Of a stretch of DNA of 64,000 bases, positions 40,601 to 50,070 are shown piece after piece. Below the pieces are notes generated by a model, which did no database searches, was not told the DNA's origin, and saw only the letters and a list, made by a program, of their open reading frames with translations. Location: assembly GCA_024682255.1 (NCBI GenBank), contig GCA_024682255.1_4716.1. One strand, 5' to 3'. Origin of the DNA: a phage. The number at the start of each line of letters is the position of its first letter. Within the stretch, counting starts at the first letter, position 1. A program made the translations under genes and the position numbers.

Positions 40601-41262
40601 TCCGCGCCATCGTTGCCAGACGGCTGTAAAGCAAGTGCTTGCTCAAGGATTTTGCGGTCAACGGCATAAAGCGCCGACAGAGCTTGCGTTACCGCAACCA
40701 GATCAACAATCGGTGACCAGAGCTGTGCGAGCTTACCTTCGTATTTCTGTACAGCGATAGCAAGGTCTTCTTTTACGTCTGGATGATCGATCAAACCACC
40801 CAACGTTTCATGGATGGCAGAAAAACGTTCAGAATGTGCCTGAGTCAATGCGGTAAAATCGTCAACGTAAGACGCATTTTCTTCAAGGCGTGTAAGTTCC
40901 TGCTCCAGAAGATCTTTTACCTGCGTGGTAGAGGCGTTTCTCAACTGTTCCCCGATAATCGCGATGGCTTTATCGACAACACGGCAGGCTTCATTGAAAC
41001 CGGTTGTTGAAGGTAACTCGGTCCATAATGCCAGCGGCTTACCTTCCATTGCGTCAGGAAGGGAATATGACAGCATTGTTAGTTGTTGACGTGATACCTG
41101 TTTGTCACGATGCAATGTTTCTTTCAACGCCAGAAGCTCATCAAGACCCACACTGCTAGGGATCGTGGGATGTGATACAGCGTTGATATTTTCTGTCAAT
41201 GACTCAAGAACCAATAAACCATTTTCAGCGGAAGATAACCCTGCTTTAAGGTATTTGTTCAT
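37657..41262 (-). CDS. hypothetical very large protein (1201 aa), probably virion-associated
   Basis: ATG at 41262 with GGAG upstream; predicted mostly helical. No catalytic motif recognised. Confidence 0.8.
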   Translation of the reverse strand: MNKYLKAGLSSAENGLLVLESLTENINAVSHPTIPSSVGLDELLALKETLHRDKQVSRQQLTMLSYSLPDAMEGKPLALWTELPSTTGFNEACRVVDKAIAIIGEQLRNASTTQVKDLLEQELTRLEENASYVDDFTALTQAHSERFSAIHETLGGLIDHPDVKEDLAIAVQKYEGKLAQLWSPIVDLVAVTQALSALYAVDRKILEQALALQPSGNDGADEEYNAVTAVPSTDINVLMPYFDQAGNLIPTESVAAPKEWDGKTLLTVLGTAVFASRIMRDVVNDYPETAALVKQLLERVESAQADENLDNIGYLAVIARLQNARIVYQRMLVQCVRTVLTYAEAVAELVMSVSETATAIRSEELWDKTQEEIEAADGYTRIDLVQEGFFDPILKLFDKKGPNPLLDSKASKSWKYLENIQQQIAQTYANKSWVERNIHDKPVVSKRVARALSFDDGKVRMPMIVLKEAISAMQSVQKLVEAPAQARHAKLQQLEEKALRRIKAGENQYQVAKDTLAEAKKIKPLSTIPESSYPKWLGYKYSAFFNTLMLQEPVTDELPKLNVDDVVETGKFLTNDAAKALKEFTTADVFCGTGCDTELWNYDAFGDDDELYDQFYLHSKLNETAATDVYYNYLEALVNVCSATVEWLARQTSLKALKMEGYGIYTAESAWETLRRTMEYTVNILKRLVDWLVKSWRNGSAKAAIQQAEANNSQLTRAKDALLTEGTKKRLASLHTVGIQTIAKYAEAGTIWSGAFKGVTDNLGNVAALISSEVKELSNGRELDQDKLAKIREGLALAFEKGNFDKVLLGHDGITIDNLASEIHDYREELKDQFKESTNESIDVDKLIRYNDGCRKFLQGPITDARNKVSGHELDNLLTMLNSMIRQQASSPENKGLGALKNEIVNARDLAKAAVDILGIAQWLEVRAKRYINALSTVVDKANSEAAAVSGTLKQEAFDLNEVVLSSTNYDVCSVAATSLAANRFRNSRDELRRHYNQALEAAFQVYNRAVYNRAVIGQHLLGVMPRFTGVFSNYPWTLGLDLQVSNPAALNTFCEKLSRSIELYGAGTADSITQAVALLDSTELCYAVDPNYEGESGNSSALATHMFEYRRLAKEALEPHSDFTTEEQRRGWYATFMDSSPSWEPDNTLQVVTEDVDPSLIWAFASLFCAALNAYIALKYGTDLKVYGWFSEQQNSNNVR

Positions 41263-41277
41263 AAAACACTCCGTTGA

Positions 41278-41308
41278 CCTAGGTGGAGGTTATTGGCCTC
41301 CACCTAGG
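41278..41308 (-). terminator. Hairpin with 12-bp perfect stem
   Basis: cctaggtggagg-ttattgg-cctccacctagg, between the stop at 41344 and the next start at 41262. Confidence 0.55.
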
Positions 41309-41343
41309 GTTGAACAACGCGTACGGTTATACGGTACGCACGA

Positions 41344-44139
41344 TTACGCTAATTTACCGAAACCGGCTTTCTGTAGTTTCTCGTTGATCAGTTTTGCTTC
41401 CGCGAAAACATAATCACGATACGCAGTCACTAACCCGTCCACCCGTGAGCGCAAGGCTTCTTCGAAGCTATACCACGCAGCGATTTCACGAATCTGTGCG
41501 TTGATATAATCAACGGTTGAGCGAAGCTCGGTTGCGTTTTCTTGCGGGATGGCTTTCACCTGGCGAGCAACGTCATTTAAACGACGGAACTGTGTTTCGA
41601 TTTCTTTAAACTTACTGTCCGCAAGTTTGCTGAATTCGTCACCGGAACGGGTGAATAACAGATAGCTGTTGCCGTCAAGTGCGGTTGCTAACTGCTGAAG
41701 TACGTTGGTGTCCGGATACACAGGAGTACCGCTTTGCAGTACTTTCTCACCGAATTCCGCGAAGTCCTTCGGTGGTAAGTGTGCAGACGTTGTCAACTCG
41801 TTGAAACGGAAAGTCAGCGAATTATCATACAGCATCCGGTACGCTTCCATACCCTGTTTCATGGTACCGGCCAGGTTAGCCAGACGCGGAGCAATCTCGC
41901 CTTCTTTAGCGCGTTTCTGGTCTTCTAACGCCCCTTCGAGTTCTTTACACTGGTCGTTCAGATACACGATACGATCGGGACGCAGACGACGCATCTCACG
42001 AAGAATAGTATCCAGCTTACCTTCCTGGAAATAACCTAACGTTAAAGACGTACACGCTTGCTGAAGACGATCGAACACCGGTAAGGTCACCATCTCCTTA
42101 CGGATACCATCAACAATCGCAGAAACAGCCGAAAGTTTCTGTTCTGTCGTTAATGGAACATCAGAGACCGACTTGCTGGGCGCACCAACAACGTTACGCA
42201 TTGCGTCGGTATCCTCGGTTTTATCAACCTCTTTACGAACATGCTCATCAGGAACATAAACGTTCGCGTTACGTTTCGCCTGCTTGATGGCGTCGTTGGC
42301 CGCTTTTTCGGTGGCCGCTACGCTATCGGCACGTTTCTTCAAGAGTTCAATAATCCAGAGCAACAGACGACGAATCGCTGTATAGGCGGTCGTGATGATG
42401 ACACCGATAACAGCCATCTTCATGATACCGAACGATTCCATGGTCGGCTCTAACGCCTGGTCCGGCATATACCGTTCACGCAGCTCCAGATAGATCTGCT
42501 CATCTGGTTTGCTGACCTCACCACGATGTGAAGTCCGATAGATGGCTTCGTCAATCTCAACAAGATCTTTGCGTGCCTGGCGATCGGATTCTGTTAAGTA
42601 AGCACAACCGGATACGTCGTCTTCGAAGCTTAAGAATTTGAAAAAGTCGCTGACATCGACGTTGACCTTCTTCGCTTCATTGTCAACGTTAATGAAATCC
42701 GTTTTACGAGACTGCTGTTGAATCTTAATATCCTTTATCGGTTTAAGCGCTTTGTCTTTTAATGCCTGCATGATCTGTTTCCAGCTGGCATCGCGTTCAA
42801 GAACAAGGAAATAGTTCTTGAGTTCGAATGCGCGATAGCGGGCAACAAGTTGTTCTACCTGAACATGAGCGAGTTGTACGTCCATCAGCCAACGCGACAT
42901 TGCCGAGATCAAACGGCTATAAGCAAGCAGCGTCTGATACGTCAGCTTCATGTGTTTCTCGTACAGCTCAATATCGCCGTCTTGAATATCAGCCGTTGGG
43001 TTCATTTCCTTCGTTGCTTTGAAGATTTGTTCGGCTTCATTTAACGTTTGTTCGAATTTGACTTCATTAAACGTGTCAAACGGTTCGGCCAACTCTACCA
43101 TTCGATCGTGAAGTTCACGAACCCAGGCTTCTTTATTGTTGCGAATAGCTGCGTCATCGTGAAGTTCAGTTTGATGTTTCTGTACCCATTCTTCGACGAT
43201 ATCAGCGGCGGCAACAATTCCTGTACCATCGGAAACTAACGGAACAACTCCAGCAAGTACGCCTACACATGCTGGGGTTTTCCAATAATCGTTCAAAGCG
43301 TTTCTGAATTCAACGATGGATTGTACGTTTGGTACTGTGTCCAAAAACGTACTGCCGTTACGGCTCATTGTCGTTACGATATCAGCGAATTCCTTCTGCT
43401 TAGCGGTAACAAAAGGAACCAGGACCATAAGCCATTCAGCAACCGATTTCGCTTTTTCTTTCAGGTTCTTGTCAGCGATTTCTTTAAGGTTTATCGCACC
43501 ACCGTAACCTGCAAGCTCTTTATATACGTCGCTAAGGGTCATCTGTTTATCCAACATTTCTTTGAAACGTGGATAATCAGCACCTAACGCATCGATAATA
43601 TCGTTGATTACGTCATCGGTTGTTGCAATAAACTTCTTCGTATCAACGTTTGAATATTTCCAGACGTACCGTACGGCTTTCTTGATTCCCGCAAAGATAA
43701 ACGCCCAAATACGCTTGATGAGTTCCCAGACTTTCTTCGCACCGTCGACAAACAGTTTAGAGACCTTGGCAACGAATCCTTCCTGTACCAACTCAACGCC
43801 GTTCCGTGATGGGATTTCGGTGAAGAAAGCATCTGGCAGTTGTTTCGGGAATGCGTCACCAAGACGCATACGCAGTTCCGGTACATCAGCACGAGAAATG
43901 CCGCGTGTTACTAACTGTTCGTGAAGACGAACGTTTTCTTCGCCAGAGGTCACGAATTCGTCAACATCGAAGGAGACCATTGCTTCCTGATCTTCGGTGG
44001 TAACGACGCTTGAACCGTCGCTGGTTTGGATGTCCTCGTCAGGGAACGCCATGAGCATACCGTGACGCATTTCAACCACTCCGTAATCGGTTGCTAAACC
44101 GAATTCGTTGTGATCGGGGGTAATAACCGGGATACTCAT
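41344..44139 (-). CDS. hypothetical large protein (931 aa) with one internal hydrophobic segment
   Basis: ATG at 44139 overlapping the upstream stop; hydrophobic MAVIGVIITTAYTAIRRLLLWIIELL in mid-protein. Confidence 0.8.
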   Translation of the reverse strand: MSIPVITPDHNEFGLATDYGVVEMRHGMLMAFPDEDIQTSDGSSVVTTEDQEAMVSFDVDEFVTSGEENVRLHEQLVTRGISRADVPELRMRLGDAFPKQLPDAFFTEIPSRNGVELVQEGFVAKVSKLFVDGAKKVWELIKRIWAFIFAGIKKAVRYVWKYSNVDTKKFIATTDDVINDIIDALGADYPRFKEMLDKQMTLSDVYKELAGYGGAINLKEIADKNLKEKAKSVAEWLMVLVPFVTAKQKEFADIVTTMSRNGSTFLDTVPNVQSIVEFRNALNDYWKTPACVGVLAGVVPLVSDGTGIVAAADIVEEWVQKHQTELHDDAAIRNNKEAWVRELHDRMVELAEPFDTFNEVKFEQTLNEAEQIFKATKEMNPTADIQDGDIELYEKHMKLTYQTLLAYSRLISAMSRWLMDVQLAHVQVEQLVARYRAFELKNYFLVLERDASWKQIMQALKDKALKPIKDIKIQQQSRKTDFINVDNEAKKVNVDVSDFFKFLSFEDDVSGCAYLTESDRQARKDLVEIDEAIYRTSHRGEVSKPDEQIYLELRERYMPDQALEPTMESFGIMKMAVIGVIITTAYTAIRRLLLWIIELLKKRADSVAATEKAANDAIKQAKRNANVYVPDEHVRKEVDKTEDTDAMRNVVGAPSKSVSDVPLTTEQKLSAVSAIVDGIRKEMVTLPVFDRLQQACTSLTLGYFQEGKLDTILREMRRLRPDRIVYLNDQCKELEGALEDQKRAKEGEIAPRLANLAGTMKQGMEAYRMLYDNSLTFRFNELTTSAHLPPKDFAEFGEKVLQSGTPVYPDTNVLQQLATALDGNSYLLFTRSGDEFSKLADSKFKEIETQFRRLNDVARQVKAIPQENATELRSTVDYINAQIREIAAWYSFEEALRSRVDGLVTAYRDYVFAEAKLINEKLQKAGFGKLA

Positions 44140-44576
44140 GCATTCTCTCCTTGCAGTGCGTTAGCGAAAGCTGTTGCAAGTTGTGCGACCAGTTTCGGGT
44201 CAACGCCTTCGATAACGTCAGGCAGCCCTGCGGTTTCTTGGTCACGAACAGCGGAGGCTAATAACAGCATGGTTTCAGGTGCAGTTGGCTCATGCACCAT
44301 GCGGTAACGCAGGCACCAGAAGTAGCGAGCAACGTCTAACGCATCAGCTAACCCGATAACCAGTACCTTGTTCAGCTTATCCAGCCCTTCACGGATTTTA
44401 GGGAGATGTTCGCGAACGAAAATGCTATCTGCGGTCAGATCTTCTTTTTCAGCGAATACGGGCATGCTGTAACCAGCAATGTAACCAGCGGCAATACTTA
44501 ACGCACGGGTCTGTTGTTCGGCCGGGAAATCACGAACCAGGTCTTTCAGCTGAACGGCGAAATCAGAAATATTCAT
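44136..44576 (-). CDS. hypothetical protein (146 aa)
   Basis: ATG at 44576 with AAAGGAA upstream. Confidence 0.75.
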   Translation of the reverse strand: MNISDFAVQLKDLVRDFPAEQQTRALSIAAGYIAGYSMPVFAEKEDLTADSIFVREHLPKIREGLDKLNKVLVIGLADALDVARYFWCLRYRMVHEPTAPETMLLLASAVRDQETAGLPDVIEGVDPKLVAQLATAFANALQGENA

Positions 44577-44608
44577 GTTAAATTCCTTTATAGTAAAAAT
44601 AGAAGAGA

Positions 44609-45919
44609 TTAGGCGATAATGGAATCAAGAGTCGCTGCGGTTTTGAACAGATCGCTGTTCATTGTAGAAGAAAGGGCTTGCTGAATTTCTTCCTGTTTAA
44701 CCGCCTTACGAACCCCAGGACGAAGGGCGATAGTCACCATTTGCATGAACGTACGGTTGTTGTTCATTTCTTTCAGTGTATCATCGATTGTTTTAATCGT
44801 GTCTAGCGTAGTTGAACGGATATCGTTAGGGAGATCGCGATCTTTCAGGCGTATAATCAGATCCTGTTTGATCTTACGGAATCGTTCCATATCGTTATCG
44901 TAAATGTTGTATGTTGGATCTAACCAAACTGCAAGCGCCATAGCGGCAACAAATATTGCCATACCGAGAATATTAACCGAGGTGAAGCTGATTGCAATCA
45001 GAATAGCCACGGCGGCATCTTTAATGAAGGAGAGCCAGAACATCGTTTTGGACTTCATGGAGTCTTTGCTATAATACCGATACATTTTAGCAAGCCCGCT
45101 AACGAGATACTCCCCACCACCATGACGTGTAGCGAACTGATCAGCCATGAATTCGGAAGCAACGTCGGTATATCGTCCAGCGTTGTTTACATTTCGTAAT
45201 TGCATCGCTTTGTTAGATACGTAAACCGTGTACCAGACACTACCATCGTCTGAATCACTGATTTTGTCTACGTCGACGTTGGTATCCAGCGTTTTGTTTA
45301 ACGCTTTCGCCAGTTCGATACGTTTTACCTTATCGGTTGTCCCCAACAGTTCACGCTGCACGGTCATGATTGAGGCTTCGACACGAACCGTTTCCGACAA
45401 TGTTTCGAGGAAAGTAAACGCATGACCGATTTCATGCAGCATTATGGCCGCTTTTTCTTCCGGAAGAAAGGGTTCTGTCGCTGCTAGCAGTTCATACGTG
45501 ATGGCAGAACGAATCTTCAACTCCTCAAAGATACCGTAAACACGACCTTTTTCTAAATCGACGTAACCGACAGGCGTATCTTTAATCTTCTTAAGGAGCG
45601 TAACACCATCAGCACCACGCATCCATAACCGATGATAGTCTGCCAAGATCGTGTTGTTTGTCGAAATATCCGGCGGGTACACGTAGGCATTCATCTGGCC
45701 CATTTTCACGTCGACCGAGAATTCGATGTTCAACCCCGTATAGCGTTTAACCATCTCGGTTAAACGACCGTCCTTGAAAACGTTTAAAACATCTTTTTTA
45801 TCCAGTCCCTGTTTGCTTCTGAAGAACTCGGTCATTTCCTTGAACAAGGAACCATCCTGAAACTTGATGGCTTCCATCGTTAATTCGTCATGACCATACA
45901 CGCGTTGTAGTAATGACAT
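44609..45919 (-). CDS. putative membrane-associated zinc metallopeptidase (HEXXH motif)
   Basis: ATG at 45919. The translation contains AAIMLHEIGHAF (HEIGH zincin signature) and, further C-terminal, a run of about 45 hydrophobic residues consistent with two transmembrane helices. Confidence 0.5.
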   Translation of the reverse strand: MSLLQRVYGHDELTMEAIKFQDGSLFKEMTEFFRSKQGLDKKDVLNVFKDGRLTEMVKRYTGLNIEFSVDVKMGQMNAYVYPPDISTNNTILADYHRLWMRGADGVTLLKKIKDTPVGYVDLEKGRVYGIFEELKIRSAITYELLAATEPFLPEEKAAIMLHEIGHAFTFLETLSETVRVEASIMTVQRELLGTTDKVKRIELAKALNKTLDTNVDVDKISDSDDGSVWYTVYVSNKAMQLRNVNNAGRYTDVASEFMADQFATRHGGGEYLVSGLAKMYRYYSKDSMKSKTMFWLSFIKDAAVAILIAISFTSVNILGMAIFVAAMALAVWLDPTYNIYDNDMERFRKIKQDLIIRLKDRDLPNDIRSTTLDTIKTIDDTLKEMNNNRTFMQMVTIALRPGVRKAVKQEEIQQALSSTMNSDLFKTAATLDSIIA

Positions 45920-45930
45920 TGTACACTCTC

Positions 45931-45948
45931 TAAATTTACGTAAATTTA
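45931..45948. promoter_or_regulatory. 18-bp perfect palindrome in a divergent intergenic region
   Basis: taaatttacgtaaattta equals its own reverse complement; it sits 12 nt upstream of the metallopeptidase start codon, overlapping its leader. Confidence 0.5.
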
Positions 45949-46140
45949 AGGGCTAATGGATCGGCTGGCCGCACCAATCACAATGTGTCCGCTGCTATGC
46001 AACGGCATTCATAGAAATACCTTTTGACGGTAACATCACCCATCACACCCCAAGCAATAAGAGTGGTCGGTTAAAAACAACAGAACGTGGGGATGATATA
46101 GAAAATCACCTTTTAACACTTATTACGAGTTTATCAAGCC

Positions 46141-47640
46141 ATGAGCGAACAAGAACGAAAACCTAAGAAGAAACTGCTCGGTATTCAATGTCGACACATC
46201 AGCTATAACGAAGCGAACGATGGCAGCAAGAACGACCTCATGATCGCAAAAGAGATCATGTTCTTTGATGATAATACGCAAGCGACGAACCTTCGCTTCT
46301 TCGAGAATTACAAACGTCCGTTTTGGGTGACGGTAGAGAGTAAACGTAAGAACAAATATAAAAAGGAAAGCGAGAAGCTCTCGCACGTACGTCGCTATGA
46401 TGTCCGTCAAAGTGAACTGGTTGAAAAGATCAGTTCGGTGCTTTATAAAAGACGTGCTGATGATAACACCCGTTTACAGCAGCTTGCACGGAGTCCATAC
46501 CTCTATGGAACGGACGTTAGCGCTAGCTGTTATTTAAAAACCCAATACAATACAAAATGGCCGGAATACGTCGATAAATTACCCGCTTCCATCGCCTGTT
46601 TCGATATCGAAACCGACGTTGTCCATGGACACGGTAAGATCGTCTGTATGTCTATTACAATGGGATACAATGCGATCCTTTGCTATACCAAGGACTTCGT
46701 TGGTCATATTCCGAATGCGATTGAGAAAACCCATGAGAAGATTCGATATTACCTGGCCGAACGTCTAAACACCAAAGAAGATCCGCACGCATTTGAAAAA
46801 TATCAGTACGATGTGCGAATCGTAGAAAGTCCGGCACAAGCGGTCATCCAATGCATGCAGAAGGTTCACGAATGGCAGCCGGATTATCTCCTTGGCTGGA
46901 ATATCGCGTTCGATATTCCGCGCATGCTCCAGGCACTGAACGAAGAAGGGTATCGTCCCGAGGATGTTTTCTCCGATCCCCGTGTACCACCTAAGTATCG
47001 TATTGCTCGCTGGGTACCACCGAAGACCGACAAGGTATCTGCTTCAGGGCGTAAAACCAACCTTACCCTTGAGCAAACCTGGCCGATGTTTTATACGATG
47101 GCTACGTATCAGGTTATGGATGCGATGTGTGGTTATAAGTTCGTTCGTTTAGGAAGACCGGATGAGGGACGTTATTCACTCGATGCGGTATTAGAGCGAA
47201 ATAAATGCCATACGAAATTAAAAGCAATTCCTGGTACAGAAGGGTTCACAGAGCTTGCGTGGCACGAAGAGATGCAAACGAACCATCAAATCGACTACGG
47301 TGTATATAACCTTTGGGATAACCAAGGCATCGAGGCGTTGGACCAGAAAACAAAAGACTATTCGATGACCATCCCTATCCGTTTAGCGGCGTCGGATTTG
47401 AAAGATTTCAGTTCTAACCCTAAACGTATCTGCGATAAACTTTTCTTCGTTTATCTTAACCGTGGGGAAGTCATGGGCTGCACTGCCGACGACATGACCC
47501 AGGAAGAAGATAAGTGGGTTATCTCACGAACCGGACATATCGTCACATTGCCGTGCGATCTCATGGCGGACAACGGCATCCATCTCTTCTGGGATATGCC
47601 GAACCTGAGAAGTTATATTAGATTATTTGTTGCGGATTAA
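46141..47640 (+). CDS. DNA polymerase N-terminal/3'-5' exonuclease domain protein (499 aa as annotated; the C-terminus may be spliced)
   Basis: ATG at 46141. Exo I ACFDIETD, Exo II GWNIAFDIP and Exo III YGVYNLWD are present at family-B-like spacing. No polymerase motifs A, B or C are present, consistent with a split polymerase. Confidence 0.6.
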   Translation: MSEQERKPKKKLLGIQCRHISYNEANDGSKNDLMIAKEIMFFDDNTQATNLRFFENYKRPFWVTVESKRKNKYKKESEKLSHVRRYDVRQSELVEKISSVLYKRRADDNTRLQQLARSPYLYGTDVSASCYLKTQYNTKWPEYVDKLPASIACFDIETDVVHGHGKIVCMSITMGYNAILCYTKDFVGHIPNAIEKTHEKIRYYLAERLNTKEDPHAFEKYQYDVRIVESPAQAVIQCMQKVHEWQPDYLLGWNIAFDIPRMLQALNEEGYRPEDVFSDPRVPPKYRIARWVPPKTDKVSASGRKTNLTLEQTWPMFYTMATYQVMDAMCGYKFVRLGRPDEGRYSLDAVLERNKCHTKLKAIPGTEGFTELAWHEEMQTNHQIDYGVYNLWDNQGIEALDQKTKDYSMTIPIRLAASDLKDFSSNPKRICDKLFFVYLNRGEVMGCTADDMTQEEDKWVISRTGHIVTLPCDLMADNGIHLFWDMPNLRSYIRLFVAD

Positions 47641-47707
47641 GAAATAAATCGGTTAAGTTTTACCTCCTTTCTCGATAAGTATGATACTAAGCGAGCAAGG
47701 AGTTGAT

Positions 47708-48814
47708 ATGTCGAGTAGTTATGAGTATCCAAAGATTACTGAATGTGTTGTTTCCGAAGAAGGTATCTTCGACCTCGATATGAAGCCGTTACCACTTACC
47801 GTGGAAGATGGAATATCGTACGTCAAACTTGACTGGTACCGTGGTCCCGGTCTGTATGACGCAGGTCTTGTGGTAATGCGTAAACTGCATGCTATCAACA
47901 TATACGAAGATCTGTTAGACGAAGCACATTCGTTGTATATCGATGGGAACCCAGAAAACATCAAACGTGAGAACTTGCTTTATCGTTTCAAGAACGGTAA
48001 GTTGGAACACAAGGGTTATCCGGGCTATTACTACGTCCCTTTCTTTACACACTACGTGATAAACGAGCAAGGCGAAGTGATCAGTCTTTTAACCGGGCAA
48101 AAGAAATCATGGACACGGTCGAAAGGGGATCCGAAACGAAATAAGCGTGCTGGGTACTTATATCAGCGCGTCGTTAATGATAATGGTTTCACAGCCCAAA
48201 TGTTTCAACATCGTGCGATGGGTTACGTGTTCCTGGAATACGGTGCCGACGTGATGACAAAGATCATCAACCACATAAACGGCATCAAATGGGATAATCG
48301 TCCATGCAACATTGAATGGACAACCTATTCTGAGAACAACAAGCATGCGATTGATAGCGGTCTTCGTACAGAAGGCTTACATCCTGTTAAGGTTAAGGAT
48401 TACAACACCGGTGAGGTTAGGGTATTCCCAACAATCGCTGCGTGCTGTGCTGCTTATCCATGCTTGGAACGTAAACGTGTTTGGTATTGGATGACGCGTA
48501 AAACGAAATTCATGCCAGCCTGCAATCTGTATTTCAAAGAAGTCGATGATGATACTCCGTGGCCAGATTGGCAAATCGGACAGCACCGTCGTCTTCAGGA
48601 ATACGATATGGGCCACCCTATCGCAGCTATCGATAAGCAAACCGGTAAACGTTATGTGTTTGCATCAATTGCTCACGCACAACGAGAGACGGGTGTTTCT
48701 AACGTGACTATCACGAAGTACTGTCGTAATAGACTTACAGAAGGTCGTTCTCCATTCATCTTCCGCTATTTTGAAGATGTTAGTTCGATGCCTGTAGGCC
48801 TTAACGACGCTTAA
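47708..48814 (+). CDS. HNH homing endonuclease
   Basis: ATG at 47708 with AAGGAG seven nt upstream (an alternative ATG at 47681 exists). HNH motif INHINGIKWDNRPCNIEWTTYSENNKHA and a C-terminal helix-turn-helix-like segment GKRYVFASIAHAQRETGVSNVTITKYC typical of phage homing endonucleases. Confidence 0.8.
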   Translation: MSSSYEYPKITECVVSEEGIFDLDMKPLPLTVEDGISYVKLDWYRGPGLYDAGLVVMRKLHAINIYEDLLDEAHSLYIDGNPENIKRENLLYRFKNGKLEHKGYPGYYYVPFFTHYVINEQGEVISLLTGQKKSWTRSKGDPKRNKRAGYLYQRVVNDNGFTAQMFQHRAMGYVFLEYGADVMTKIINHINGIKWDNRPCNIEWTTYSENNKHAIDSGLRTEGLHPVKVKDYNTGEVRVFPTIAACCAAYPCLERKRVWYWMTRKTKFMPACNLYFKEVDDDTPWPDWQIGQHRRLQEYDMGHPIAAIDKQTGKRYVFASIAHAQRETGVSNVTITKYCRNRLTEGRSPFIFRYFEDVSSMPVGLNDA

Positions 48815-48899
48815 CCGATTTTAGGTCCCGGTGGGGATAACGCCCCCACCGGATTCCCGTTAATTGCTGGAACCCCCTAAAGCCTTTCGACCACAGCGG

Positions 48900-49200
48900 A
48901 TTCTGAAAAGAAAAACGCGATGGTTAGAAAACAGAAAGGATGTTCGTAAGGAAGCGATAAATGGGCAATCAGCAGCGAAGCTTCTAAGGGCGTGCGTTAG
49001 CAATAAGACCTAAGAAGAACGTTCAACGACTATCCGGTCGCGCGGAGTAAGGGACAAGCGTCCCCAAACACGGGAGGGGTGCGAAAGCATTCCATGATAT
49101 AGTCTGCTCCTAAGTGAAAGCTTAGGCGGGTGGCACACACCGGCATAAGAGTTGCGTCTTATGTGGACAATGGCTTGACATCTCCTCGTCCTACCCGAAT
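48900..49200 (+). ncRNA. putative group I intron catalytic core (boundaries approximate)
   Basis: Non-coding, GC-rich stretch after the endonuclease gene. P7-like pairing GACUA (49028-49032) with UAGUC (49100-49104), a candidate P8 hairpin gggac-aagc-gtccc (49051-49064) between them, and a P9-like hairpin cctaag-tgaaag-cttagg (49109-49126) directly after, in the canonical order. Confidence 0.45.
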
Positions 49201-49475
49201 GGGCAGATCCTGTTGAATCTATCCAGAGCATGTGTTTTTCGTGAGCTCTCACGCATTGAGGGCGTCTCTGACTATCAATTCAGGAAGTTAGGTATCAACT
49301 TTATTACCGGAGGTAAAACGAACGCTGTAGACTTCTGTAGAATCGTTTATAAAGCACCGTCGATGTTTGAACTTTTAGAACATTTCGATGCGACGCGTCC
49401 AAAAGAGGAAGCACGGACCATCGAATGAATCAAGTATGTTGATCCTCGTTTAACAAAAAAGAAAACGCATGCGAA

Positions 49476-49513
49476 GCCCCTCCCCCTGGCGGAAGCCGGA
49501 GGGAGGGGTGGGG
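49476..49513. terminator. Bidirectional hairpin between convergent transcription units
   Basis: cccctcccc...gggagggg arms with a 15-nt loop, preceded by an A-rich stretch. Confidence 0.55.
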
Positions 49514-49514
49514 T

Positions 49515-50000
49515 TTATGTGTGTTCGTTGCCAACTTTCACTTTGTAATCAGCATCGGTTAAGAAAATAGACAGGAATCCATGTTCTTTGCAAATCTGAC
49601 TAAGGATGTCAGCAATGATTTCGTTGATCATCGGTTTGTTTGCAAGGGCATAGATGTACCCGGGTGTAAAAGAAAGTGCATGATTGATCATAGGCTCATG
49701 AGAAGCCAAGATAAGGATCACGTGATGCTTCCCATCGTCGGTAACGACCGCTTGCGTAGACACGAAGAAATCAGTGAAGCAGCAGCGATCACAGGCTTTA
49801 GGTATATACAAATCACCCAGAGCTTCGTCACGTGCTTTTACGTGTGTTTCAGGGGTAATGCTGCTAAGTTGATCTTCAGCGAGATCCAAGACATCCTCAA
49901 TCGTTTTAAGAATAGCGTTGCGGAAATCCTCGCGGTAGAATGGGATGATATCACGATCGTTCATGTAATCGCCGGATTCGATAGTAAAGTTGATGTTCAT
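49515..50000 (-). CDS. hypothetical small protein (161 aa), member 1 of a nine-gene array
   Basis: ATG at 50000 with AGGAG upstream. Confidence 0.75.
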   Translation of the reverse strand: MNINFTIESGDYMNDRDIIPFYREDFRNAILKTIEDVLDLAEDQLSSITPETHVKARDEALGDLYIPKACDRCCFTDFFVSTQAVVTDDGKHHVILILASHEPMINHALSFTPGYIYALANKPMINEIIADILSQICKEHGFLSIFLTDADYKVKVGNEHT

Positions 50001-50050
50001 TGAATGCTCCTAGTGGTTATGTCGATTGATTGATGTATTGATTTATGTTT

Positions 50051-50069
50051 GAAGGTGTTGTTCACCTTC
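50051..50069 (-). terminator. Hairpin gaaggtg-ttgtt-caccttc adjacent to a stop codon
   Basis: 7-bp stem immediately after the stop at 50071; part of the exact 25-nt repeat also found at 26344-26368. Confidence 0.5.
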
Positions 50070-50070
50070 G

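Noticed and set aside
48815-49514. tRNA gene(s) in the long non-coding stretch after the HNH gene
   Set aside because: No cloverleaf with a T-arm GTTC-type motif and a 7-bp acceptor stem could be found by eye. The structure fits a group I intron core better. A tRNAscan-SE run would settle it.
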